From contig CAWBKO010000001.1 in the NCBI GenBank assembly GCA_963789435.1, positions 174,417 to 238,416 on the forward strand: DNA of 64,000 nt. The letters run 5' to 3'. The notes under the pieces are model-generated. The model saw only the letters and a list, made by a program, of their open reading frames with translations, did no database searches and had not been told where the DNA came from. This DNA comes from an uncultured Chloroflexia bacterium. Its GTDB lineage: Bacteria; Chloroflexota; Limnocylindria; QHBO01. A program made the position numbers and the translations under genes. Positions within the stretch are counted from its first letter, which is position 1; each line of letters begins with the position of its first letter. Below, piece by piece: positions 42,643 to 52,938 of this stretch.

Positions 42643-45196
42643 TCACCGATCTCGGCGACGCGCGCGGGGGCCTCGCGGATGGTCCATCGGTCCGGGCGCA
42701 GCGCGGCGTCCTCGAGCTCGTCCCAGCCGATCGGCATGCTCACCGGGGCACCCGGCGGCCGGCCGAGGGCTGTACGGCGCGACGAGCGTCTTGTTGATCG
42801 CGTTCTGCGTGTAGTCGAGCCGAGCCTTGCCCCTGCGCGCCCGCTTCGCCCACTCCCAGCTCACCAGGTCGGGCACCGTCGCGCCAACGGCGCGCGAGAG
42901 TCCCTCGACCCAGGCGCTCGTGTCGGCGAAGGAGGGACCGGGGCGGATGCGGATCCAGACCTGGATCCCCCGCTTGCCGGTCACCTTCGGATATCCGCGC
43001 ACGCCGAGGTGGCTCAGCGCCGTCCGGAACAGGCGCGCCAGCGCCACGACCTCGTCCCAGGTCGTGTCCGGCCCGGGGTCGATGTCGATCAGTGCGTACG
43101 ACGGCCGATCCGGGCGCCTCGGTCGGCGAGGTCCACGGGTGGAGCTCGATGGCCGCCTCCTGCGCGAGCCAGATCAGGGTCGCCGGCTCGTCGACCACCG
43201 GGTAGTCCTTCGGCCCCTCCTCGCGGTGGTGGTAGGTCCAGCGCTTGACCCACGCCGGCGCGTGCTTCGGCAGGTCCTTCTGCCAGAACCCCTTCTGCCT
43301 CGATCGCCGTTCGGGAAGCGCTGCACCGTGAGGCCGCGGTCGCGGAGATACGGCACCAGCGTGGGCCCGATGGCGAGGTGGTAGCGGAACAGGTCGCGCT
43401 TGGTGACCGCGGCGCCTCCGTCGCGGCCCGGGAAGAGCACCTTGTCGAGGTTGGTGACGCGAACCTCGCGGCCGGCCACCTGCCAGATGCCCTCCCGCTC
43501 CATGGCCTCGAGCGCCGCGGCGGCGTCATCGGTCTGCATCGGCGCATTGTGGACCTCGCGCTCGGCGGCGGCAGTGGCGGTCGCCGCGTCGACCTCGCGC
43601 TCGCGCCGGACCGATGTCGGCGCCTTGCCGATCTCGAGGCCCTTGAAGGCGGCCTGGCGCAGCAGGTCGTCCGCCGTCCAGTCGGCGAACTCGACCCGGA
43701 TGACGAGCTTCGGCTCGACCCAGTGCGCGCCCTTCAGCCTCGGCACCGGATCCAGGACCGATGTGTCGCGCGCCAGCTCATCGAGCGTGGCGCGCAGCTC
43801 GCGGCGGGTCCGCGTGTCGATCCCGCTGCCCACCTGTCCGGCGTGCACCCATCGATCGCCGGACTGCGCACCGCCACGATGAGCGAGCCGAGGTCGCGAT
43901 GGGTCCCCTGCCCCTCGAGCCACCCGACCACGACCACCTCCTGCTCGCGGCGCAGCTTGACCTTGAGCCAGCTGCGAGACCGGCGGCCGGGCTCGTACGG
44001 CGAGCGGCGCAGCTTGGCCACGATGCCCTCCAGCTCCTGGGCGCGCGCCGCCTCGGTGAACGCCAGGCCGTCGCCGACGACGTGGCTGGCGTACCCAACG
44101 CGCGGATGCGGGCGCAGGCGCGAGCGCAGCAGCCGCTTCCGCTCCTCGAGCGGCACGAGCAGCAGCGAGCGACCGTCGAGATGGAGCAGGTCGAAGGCCT
44201 GGTAGACGACCGGCGCCGGCTGACCGGGCGCCTTCGACCCCGGAACGCGGCCGGTGCGGATGCCCGTCCGGTCCTGCAGCAGGCTGAAGCTCGGGCGCCC
44301 CTCGGCGTCGAGCGCCACCACCTCGCCGTCGACGATCGCCTCGCGCGCGTCGATCCACGGAGCCTCGCCCGGCGAGCTCGGGGAAGTAGCGCGACGCGTC
44401 CAGCTGGTTGCGGGTCCAGATCCGGGCGCGACCGTCACGCACGACTGCCTCGACCCGGTAGCCGTCCCACTTGACCTCGAAGAGCCAGTCGGGGTCGTCG
44501 AAGGCGGCGTCCGCCAGGGTCGCCTTCATCGGCGGGATGAAGTCGGGCATCGGCGCCTCGCGCGCCGCCGACAGGTCGATCTCCCCCACCGGGCGCGGCG
44601 GCTGCGCCTCGAAGCGCGGCGGCACCCCATCTCGCACCTCGTCGTTGGTGCGGCCGGTCTTCACGCTGCGAGGGTGATCCTCGGCGTCCCAGCCGGCGAC
44701 CGCGTCTGCGTCGCGCTTGTGGAGGAGGAGCCATCGCTCGCGCTCGTCGTCTCGGCCGCCGCGGTTGTCGGTGCGGATGATCGTGAAGCGTCCGCGCAGC
44801 TTCTCGCCATGCAGCACGAACTTGATCTCGCCCGTGCGCAGGGCGGCCGACGGATCCGGCGTCTCGGCCTCGGGCTCGTACGTGCCCCAGTCCCAGACGA
44901 TGACGTCGCCCGCCCCGTATTGGGCCGTCGGGATGACTCCCTCGAAGTCGAAGTACTCGATCGGGTGGTCCTCGGTGCGCATCGCCAGCCGGCGGGCCGA
45001 CGGGTCGAGCGTCGGGCCCTTCGGCACGGCCCAGCTCACGAGCACGCCGCCGATCTCGAGGCGCACGTCGTAGTGCAACGCGGTCGCGCGATGGCGCTGG
45101 ATCGGTGAACCGGCCGCTGCGCTCGACCAGCTCGCCGGGCGCCGGCTCCGGCGTGGCTCCGAAGTCGCGCTTGCGCCGATACTCCTCGAGCGGCAT
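42643..45196 (-). CDS. ligD: Multidomain ATP-dependent DNA ligase LigD (order: phosphoesterase, ligase, polymerase). Many frameshifts
   Basis: PE domain MPLEEYRRKRDFGATPEP...HYDVRLEIGGVLVSWAVPKGP, ligase PMKATLADAAFDDPDWLFEVKWDGYR, Pol domain YPKVTGKRGIQVWIRI...RLDYTQNAINKTLVAPYS. Confidence 0.85.
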
Positions 45197-45201
45197 CGGG
45201 C

Positions 45202-45886
45202 TCAGCCGGGCAGCTCGAGGTCGCCGAGCGTCGGCACCACCAGCGTCGCGCCCGCGTCACGCAGCGCGGCCTCATCGACCGCGGCGCCGGCCAGCACGCC
45301 GATGGCGACCATCCCCGCCGCGCTCGCGGCCCGCATGTCCCAGGTCGAGTCGCCCACGTACCAGCAGTCCGCCGGGGGCAACGCCGAGCTCCCGAGCGCC
45401 AAGCAGGAGGAGGTCGGGCGCCGGCTTGGCTCGCTCGACGTGGCTGCCATCCACGATCCGCGGCTCGTGATCGAGCCCGAGCGCGGCGATCGAGGCCGTC
45501 ACCTGCTCGCGGCGCGACGAGGTGGCGATCGCCCACGTCAGCCCGCGCTCGTCGAGCGCGCGGAGGAGCTCCCGCGCGCCGGGCAGCGGCTGCGGATCGC
45601 GGTTCCGCTCGTCGAACAGCTCGCCGCTGCGCCGATCGATTGCCTCGGCCTCCTCATCGGTCAGGCTGCCGGCCCGCGGCCGCCGCCACCTCGCGCGCCA
45701 GCTGCCGGCCATCCATCCCGATCATCGGCTCCAGCTGCGAGCGCGCATGGCGGGGATGCCGAGCTCGTCGAAGACGGCCGCCCAGGCGTCGATGCGCGCC
45801 GGCACGGTGTCGACCAGCGTTCCATCGAGGTCGAACAGGATCGCGTCGGGTGCTCGCAGCGGCCGGCATCGGTCGTACGATACCGG
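45202..45886 (-). CDS. HAD-superfamily hydrolase/phosphatase, frameshifted. Start uncertain
   Basis: DAILFDLDGTLVDT (motif I), TSSRRE (motif II region), WYVGDSTWDMRAASAAGM (motif III/IV). Confidence 0.6.
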
Positions 45887-45890
45887 GCCG

Positions 45891-47107
45891 ATGCCTTCCG
45901 AGTTCGCCCGCCACTGGACGCTCGACCCGAGCGTCACGTTCCTGAACCACGGCTCGTTCGGCGCGACGCCGCGACCGGTGCTCGCGGCGCAGGCCGCGTG
46001 GCGCGAGCGGATGGAGCGCGAGCCGGTCGCCTTCTTCATGCGCGACCTGGAGCCGGCCCTGGACGCGGCGCGCGCCGCGCTCGGCGGCTTCGTCGGGGCC
46101 GACCCCGACGACCTCGTCTTCGTGCCGAACGCCACCGCCGGCATCAACACGGTCGCGCGATCGCTCGACCTCGGCCCGGGCGACGAGATCCTCACCACCG
46201 ATCACGCCTACAACGCCGTCAGGAACGTCCTGCGAGGCCGCGGCCGAGCGCGCGGGCGCGCGCGTCGTTGTCGTCGCGCTCCCCTTCCCCGGTGCGACGC
46301 CCGAGGACGGCGATCGACCTGATGCTCGGCGCCGTGACGCCGCGCACCCGGCTGGCGCTGATCGACCACGTCACCAGCACGACCGCCCTCGTGCTGCCGA
46401 TCGAGCAGATCGTGCGCGCGCTGGCGGAGCGCGGGATCGACACGCTGGTCGACGGGGCGCACGCGCCGGGCATGCTCGACCTCGACGTGGGGTCGATCGG
46501 TGCCGCCTACTACACCGGCAACGGCCACAAGTGGCTGTGCGCGCCGAAGGGCTCCGGCTTCCTCCATGTGCGGCGCGACCTTCAGCCACGCGTGCGGCCG
46601 CTGGCCATCAGCCACGGCGCGAACTCGCCGCGTACGGACCGATCACGCTTCCGGCTCGAGCACGACTGGACGGGCACCGCCGATCCGTCGGCATACCTGA
46701 GCATTCCGGCGGCCATCGAGTTCGGCGCGCGGCTGCTGGACGGAGGCTGGGCCGCGCTCCTGCCGAGCGGAATCGCGATGTGGCGCTGCGGGGTCGCGAC
46801 CTGCTCTGCTCAGCGCTCGGGGTCGACGCCCCGGCGCCCGACGCGATGGTCGGCAGCATGGCGTCGGTGGCGCTCCCGCTCGAGCCGGCGACGCCCCGCC
46901 CGACGACGGGATCACCGACGACGAGCTGCACGCGGCGCTCGAGGCGCAGGGCATCCAGGTGGTGGTCGCGCCATGGCCGCAGCGCCCCGACGGCGGCCCG
47001 TGGCGGCGCGTCATCCGCATCAGCGCCGCGCCGTACGTGGCGATCGAGGACATCGAGCGCCTGGCGCAGCGCGCTCCCGAGCGGCACTGGCCGCGCTGGC
47101 CGACTAG
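45891..47107 (+). CDS. Aminotransferase class V-fold PLP-dependent enzyme (isopenicillin-N-epimerase/cysteine-desulfurase-like), with several frameshifts
   Basis: VTFLNHGSFGATPRPVLAAQAAW, VFVPNATAGINTVARSL, TGNGHKWLCAPKGSGFLHV (PLP-lysine region). Confidence 0.75.
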
Positions 47108-47116
47108 GATCAGCTC

Positions 47117-47716
47117 ATGCCGATCGATCCCGCCACGCTCGACCCCGACCCGATCCGCCAGCTCGCCGCGTGGCTCGCCGATGCGTCCGCCACCGGCCTG
47201 CCGCTTCCGAATGCCTTCGCACTGGCCACCGCCGACGACGAGGGCATGCCATCGGTCCGCTTCGTCCTGCTCAACGGGCTCGACGCCGACGGGCTGCGCT
47301 ACTTCACCCACCGCGGCAGCCGCAAGGGGCGCGACGTCGCCATCAACCCGCACGCCTCCGCCGCCTTCTGGTGGCCGTCGCTCAACCGCCAGGCCCGCGT
47401 GAGCGGGTCGGTTCGCCTGCTCTCCGATGCGGATTCGCTCGCCTACTGGCGCACGCGGCCGCGCGGCAGCCAGCTCTCGGCGACCGTCTCGGCGCAGGGC
47501 CAGGAGATCGGATCGCGCGAGGAGCTGGAGGCCCGGGTGGCGGAGCTGGCGGCACGCAACCCGGACGAGCTTCCCCTGCCGCCGATGTGGGGCGGCTACC
47601 TCATCGTGCCGCGCATCATCGAGTTCTGGGAGAGCCGCCCGGACCGCTTGCACGACCGCGTCGAGTACCGGCGCGGCGGCGACGGATCGTGGAACCCGCG
47701 CCGGCTCCAGCCCTAG
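47117..47716 (+). CDS. pdxH: Pyridoxamine 5'-phosphate oxidase, 199 aa, intact
   Basis: NAFALATADDEGMPSVRFVLLNGLDADGLRYFTHRGSRKG...FWWPSLNRQARVSG...RPRGSQLSA...WGGYLIVPRIIEFWESRPDRLHDRVEYRR. Confidence 0.9.
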   Translation: MPIDPATLDPDPIRQLAAWLADASATGLPLPNAFALATADDEGMPSVRFVLLNGLDADGLRYFTHRGSRKGRDVAINPHASAAFWWPSLNRQARVSGSVRLLSDADSLAYWRTRPRGSQLSATVSAQGQEIGSREELEARVAELAARNPDELPLPPMWGGYLIVPRIIEFWESRPDRLHDRVEYRRGGDGSWNPRRLQP

Positions 47717-50352
47717 CCGTCGTCCTCGTCGACACCGGGCAGCTCGACCACCACCGCCGCGTGACGCGGTGAGCGGTTGTAGGCCGCGGCGATCAGCGCG
47801 CCGATCAGCCCGCCGACCAGGCCGGCGACGAGCGCGAGCACGAGGCGCGCACGACCGGGATGACCGCGTACCAGGTGCTCGAGATCCAGCGCAGCGCCCC
47901 GACCTGGTCGCCGAGCGGCAGCAGCGCCCTGGCGACGCCCAGCGTGAAGGCGAGGTCGCGCTGCCACTCGAGCAGGGTGCCGGCGAACCAGGCGAGGATC
48001 GCACCCAGGACGGCGCCGATGACGAGCCCGAGCGCGCCGCCGACCCACGCGCCGGCCCCGAACGAGGCCCGCACCGAGACGGCCGCCAGCCGTCCGCGAA
48101 CGAGCCTCACGGTATCGACCCCACCGCGCGTCCACCGCGGCGCGTGAGGACCAGCAGCGCCACGCGCCAGGCTACCCATCGAGAACACGATCGCATAGGC
48201 GAGGTAGACGGCCAGCGACCAGTCGCCGACGAGGCTCGGCTGCCGGACGCGAGGCCGATCGAGGTCGGGCTCGAGCGCGAGCGCGTCGCCGCGCCCGGCG
48301 GGCGCGAGGAACGCCTCGGCGGCGAGCTCGCCGGCGGGCCGCAGGCTGCCGTCCGGCCGGTAGAGGCCGAAGTCCTCGACCCCGATTCCGGCGATCTGGG
48401 TGGCGAAGTCGCGCAGCGTCCACCACGTGGCGGCCGCCACGAAGCCGGCCGGCTCGTCGCCGCGGAGGTCACTCGATCGACCGTGTAGGTGTCCTCGAAG
48501 ATCACCCGCTGGCGCTCCTCGTCGCTCGGCTGTATCGGCCCAGCGGCCGAACTCGAGAATCATGATGGGCTTGCCGGGGTTCGCGTTGCGCGCCGCAACC
48601 AGCGCCGGTCCGGTATCGGTGGCTGGATCCTCGCCGTAGAAGACGCCGTGATAGAACGTGAAGCCCGCCACGTCGAGCGGCGCGTGGGTCGGATCGTCGG
48701 GCGCCCACCCGTACGCGGCCTGGCCGGTGAGCCGGGTGCCGTCGATGGCGCGGTCGACCTCGTGGAGCTCCCGAAGCGCATCGGTCCGCTCCTCGTCGCC
48801 GCCCGACTCGTTGGCAAACCCGTGGAAGAGCACGGACGGTCGGTTCATGTCGCGCAGCGCCATCTCGCGCACCATCTGCTGCGGGATGCCGCGCGCCATG
48901 GTGCGCTCGAACACGAGCGGGGTGGCGTGGTAGAGCGGGATCTCCTCCCAGACGGCGAAGCCGAGCCGATCGGCGAGCATGAGCGTGGTCGGGTCGGCCG
49001 GTTGATGTCCGGTCCGCAGCAGGTCGGCGCCAACCGCGGCGGCCTCGCGCAGCATCGCCCGCGCTCCGCCGGGCGTCTGCACCGGGCTCCCGCTGAGCAG
49101 CTCGCCGTCCTCGCCCGAAGTCGAGGGTCTCGCCGTGGACCCCGACGCCCACGGAAGAAGGCCGGCTCGCCGTTGAGGAGCACCTGCGGCCGCTCGGGTC
49201 GACGGACACGTGGCGGATGCCGAACGTCGTCCAGAACTCGTCGCGATCGCGGCCCTCGCGCGCGTCGAGCGGCGGCGCACCGGCGAGCAGCTGGAGTCGA
49301 AGGACGTAGAGCGACGGGACGGCCGGCGTCCAGAGCGTCGGCATCGCCGAACTCGATCGTCAGCGTCGTGCCGGCGACGCCTCCCGGGCCGGGGAACGGC
49401 ACCTCCTGCTCGACGACCGCCAGCGGATCGGTGATGTCCGCCACGAGCGAACGCGGGTCGGGGTCGAGCAGGTTGCCATCGTCGACCGAGGCGGCCAGGA
49501 TCGTCGCCCGCAGCATGGCCGTCCCGCCGGGCACAGCCGGCGCGTCGTCGGGCGCCGCGTCCGTGCGCCGGCAAGCGTCGCCGCATGGTCCAGCAGGACC
49601 TCGACCTCCACGCGCGTCGAGGTGGGTCACGACGTCGGCCCGCGCGACATGCGACGGCGCGGACGCCTCGAGCCAGACCGGTCCGGTCAGCCCGCCGTAG
49701 TTCCACCAGTCGATCAGCCCCCACGGCACGGTGTCGCTGCGCGTTCCGAGCGGGATGGTGTGCACGCGCACGGCCAGCACGTTCGGCTGCCCGAGCGCCA
49801 CGTGCGCGCCGACGTCGAACGCGAAGGGCGTCGAGCCGCCCTCGTGGTAGCCGAGCCAGGTGCCGTTCAGCCACACGTCGGCGACGTAGTTCGCCGACCC
49901 GAATCGAAGGGTGACGGCCCGTCCTGCCCAGTCGGCCGGCACCTCGAACGTTCGCCGATACCAGGCTCCCGTCTCCCTCGCCGTCCGGCGGCGGATTCGT
50001 CGTTCCGGGTACCGCCAGCGTCTCCCAACCCGCGTCGTCGTAGGCCGCCAGGTGCCGCTCCCCCGCCTCCTGCTCGATCTCGGGCAGCGACGTCTCCCGC
50101 GCCGTCATCGTCAGCTGCTGGTCGAGTGCCAGGCGCTCGACGCGCCACGGTCCGTCGAGATCCAGGCGCGGCCTCGGCTGCCAGTCGAAGCTCGGCACCG
50201 GCGTGGCCGTTCTGCATCGCGACGGCGAGCCCGCCGCTGTCGACGATGGTCAGGGTCGGGGCGAGCGTGCCGGCCGTGCCGGCGGGCAGGCATGCGGCCA
50301 GCCCGACGACCAGCATCCCGGACGCGAGGAGTGCGGAGCGCATCGGAATCAT
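47713..50352 (-). CDS. Glycoside hydrolase family 2 protein with an N-terminal lipoprotein signal and a C-terminal multi-TM region. Many frameshifts
   Basis: MIPMRSALLASGMLVVGLAAC lipobox. Sugar-binding domain VTLRFGSANYVADVWLNGTWLGYHEGGSTPFAFDV, LYVLRLQL, FFRGV..., TIM-barrel HQPADPTTLMLADRLGFAVWEEIPLYH, NRPSVLFHGFANES, MILEFG. C-terminal helices LAVYLAYAIVFSMGSL, WVGGALGLVIGAVLGAILAWFAG, LVAGLVGGLIGALIAAAY. Confidence 0.75.
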
Positions 50353-50396
50353 GATGGCAGCGCCCGCGGGCCCGTGCAGTCGGGCATACTCGTGCG

Positions 50397-51306
50397 GTGA
50401 GCGCGCACGTCGTCGTCATCGGCTCCCTCAACGTCGACCTGGTGGTCACCGCCGACCGCCTCCCCCTACCGGGTGAGACGGTGCTCGGCGGCCAGTTCGG
50501 CACGCACGATGGCGGCAAGGGCGCGAACCAGGCGGTCGCGGCGGCGCGCGTGGGGGCGCGGGTGAGCATGATCGGCGCCGTCGGGGCCGATGCGCACGGC
50601 GAGCGCGCCGTGGCGTCGCTGGCGGCCGAGGGGATCGACACGTCCCGCATTCGGCGTCTCGAGGCGGAGGCCACCGGCGTGGCGATCATCGCCGTCGGGC
50701 CGCGCGGCGAGAACCAGATCGTCGTGGCGCCGGGGGCGAACGCGCTGCTCGAGCTCGATGACGACGACCGCGCGCTGATCGGCGTCCGCGAACGTGGTGC
50801 TGACCAGCCACGAGATTCCCGCGGCGCGACCATCGACGCGCTGCGGACGGCGCATGCCGCCGGCATCACGGCCATCCTCAACCCGGCGCCGGCGCGCGCG
50901 CTCCCGTCGGAGATCCTCTCGCTCGGGCCGATCCTGACGCCGAACGAGCACGAGCTGGTGGTCGCCATCGGCAACGACGTGACCGACACCGCGCTCGACG
51001 AGCTCGCCGCCCGCCACCAGGGGCCGATCATCGTCACGCAGGGTCCGGCGGGCGCTCTGCTGGCCGAGGGCGACGCGGCGCGATCGGTTCGACGGCCGGC
51101 TGGCGCCGAGCGTGGTCGACACGACCGGGGCCGGCGACACGTTCTGCGGCGTCCTCGCCGCCTGGCTCGCCGAGGGTCGCCCGCTGGGCGAGGCGATCGA
51201 CGCCGCCAACGCTGCCGGCGCCCTGTCGGTCGCGCGCCGTCGGCGCCCGGGCCGGGATGCCCACCCGGGAGGCGCTCGAGACCTTCCTGCAGGAATCCCG
51301 CGAGTA
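50397..51306 (+). CDS. rbsK: Ribokinase (PfkB family), with about three frameshifts
   Basis: VVVIGSLNVDLV...GGKGANQAVAAARVGA, DTTGAGDTFCGVLAAWLAEG (anion hole GAGD). Confidence 0.8.
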
Positions 51307-51389
51307 GCCGGTCAACGTCGACGATCGGGTCCCGGCACACCACGTGCTTAGCGATCGCCCGTCAACCAACCGCGATCTCCGGAGGATCC

Positions 51390-51845
51390 ATGGACGCCAT
51401 CGCTCTGCTCAAGGCCGACCACGACAAGGTCAAGAAGATGCTCGCCGAAGGCGAGGAGACCACCGAGCGCGCCGAGAAGACGCGCACCGAGCTCTTCGAC
51501 ACGCTCAAGTCCGAGATGCTGATCCACGAGCGGATCGAGGAGGAGATCTTCTATCCGGCGCTCAAGTCACATCCGAAGGCCAGGGACATCGTGCTCGAAG
51601 GCTACGAGGAGCACCACGTCGTCGACGAGATCATGGGCGAGCTCGAGGCGACCGCCGTCACGGACGAGACCTGGGGCGCCAAGTTCAAGGTCATGAAGGA
51701 GAACATCGAGCACCACATCGAGGAAGAGGAGGGCGACATGTTCAAGCAGGCTCGCCAGATCTTCGACGCCGATGAGCTCGAGGAGCTCGGGGCTCGGATG
51801 CTGGAGCTCAAGCAGCTCGGGCAGCAGGTCGAAGCCGGCGCCTGA
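51390..51845 (+). CDS. Hemerythrin HHE cation-binding domain protein, 151 aa, intact
   Basis: GGAGGA RBS. IALLKADHDKVKKML...MLIHERIEEEIFYPAL...EEHHVVDEIMGEL...ENIEHHIEEEEGDMF (His/Glu ligand pattern). Confidence 0.8.
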   Translation: MDAIALLKADHDKVKKMLAEGEETTERAEKTRTELFDTLKSEMLIHERIEEEIFYPALKSHPKARDIVLEGYEEHHVVDEIMGELEATAVTDETWGAKFKVMKENIEHHIEEEEGDMFKQARQIFDADELEELGARMLELKQLGQQVEAGA

Positions 51846-52289
51846 TCGTCGGGTCGGGCGGCCGCTACGGCTACGCCAGGTAGGCAGTCGCATCGTCGCC
51901 CGCGCGGCAAGCTTGATCCGCTCGGCGTAGGCGATTGCCGCCTTCACGCTGAGGACCGGCTCCGAGTCGTATGCGGCCCCGGAGCGCATACGCGCGACGA
52001 TAGATCACGAGCCGCTCGAGGAAGTCGTTGCGCTCTCGGCGATCCATCGGTCTGTCCTTCCACGCACTCGACGGGACCGACGGGAATGTCGGGCCTCTAC
52101 CGAGTGGCCTGAGGATCCCAAAGGCGCCCATCTCGGGCATCGGGCATGCGGCCGTCGTCGTGCGCGACAAGCGTGGCATCGGGGCGGCCGAATGGCGTAG
52201 CGCGGTCGCCGGACATGGAAGGGCCGGGCGCGTCCGAGGGGAAGAAGGAGGCAGCCCGGCTAAGTCGATACGGTACCGGCGCCGGGATG

Positions 52290-52333
52290 TGCCGTCATTA
52301 CATTATGTTCATGACGGCGATGTCATGACGGGC
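52290..52333. promoter_or_regulatory. AT-rich palindromic candidate operator (CCGTCAT-TACATTATGTTC-ATGACGG plus a third ATGACGG copy) about 90 bp upstream of the cupredoxin gene
   Basis: 7-bp perfect inverted arms, inner ACATTATGT palindrome, and a direct repeat tcatgacgg x2, in an otherwise ~70% GC context. Confidence 0.35.
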
Positions 52334-52420
52334 GGCCGGGGGCCGCCTTCGTGGCATACGCTATGCACGGCAAGCAAGCCCATGCCCACCAACCGCACCG
52401 TTGGAGGAACAATGCACGAG

Positions 52421-52915
52421 TCCACTCATCGTCAGACGCGCGCTTCGAGGATGGCCGCCGCGGCATTGATCGCCGGATTCGCGATCGCCGGCTGCGCGGC
52501 CGATTCTGGAGCGCAATCCCAGGCCGCAGAGTCGGAGGCCGCAGGCGGGGGTACGACGATCGACGTCACGCTCCAGGAGTGGGCAGTCACGCCCTCGGCG
52601 GCATCGGCGGCGGCCGGCGACGTCACATTCGCGGTCACCAACAACGGACCTGACGACATCCACGAATTCGTCGTGCTGAAGACCGATCTCGACCCCGGCG
52701 ACCTGCCGACCGATGACCACGGGGCGGTCACCGAGGACGGGGAAGGAATCGAGGTCGTGGACGAGATCGAGGACGTCCCGGTCGGCGAGACCCAGGAGCT
52801 GGCCGTGACGCTCGAGGCAGGCAACTACGTCCTGCTCTGCAACATCTACGACGAGGATGAGGACGAGGCTCACTACCAGATGGGCATGCGGACCGCATTC
52901 GAGGTAACCGACTAG
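52421..52915 (+). CDS. Cupredoxin-fold (type-1 copper site) lipoprotein
   Basis: Signal/lipobox AALIAGFAIAGC. Putative Cu ligands in HEFVV ... CNIYDEDEDEAHYQMGM (H, C, H, M). Confidence 0.75.
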   Translation, partial: STHRQTRASRMAAAALIAGFAIAGCAADSGAQSQAAESEAAGGGTTIDVTLQEWAVTPSAASAAAGDVTFAVTNNGPDDIHEFVVLKTDLDPGDLPTDDHGAVTEDGEGIEVVDEIEDVPVGETQELAVTLEAGNYVLLCNIYDEDEDEAHYQMGMRTAFEVTD

Positions 52916-52938
52916 GCGTTCGCCGCGATACTGCGGCA

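Noticed and set aside
51871-52179. 102-aa minus-strand ORF (MPRLSRTTTAACPMPEMGAF...) between the hemerythrin and cupredoxin genes
   Set aside because: Only the internal segment MDRRERNDFLERLVIYRRAYA looks protein-like. The rest is low-complexity and the frame is uncertain. It is mentioned only as a possible regulator candidate in the cupredoxin finding
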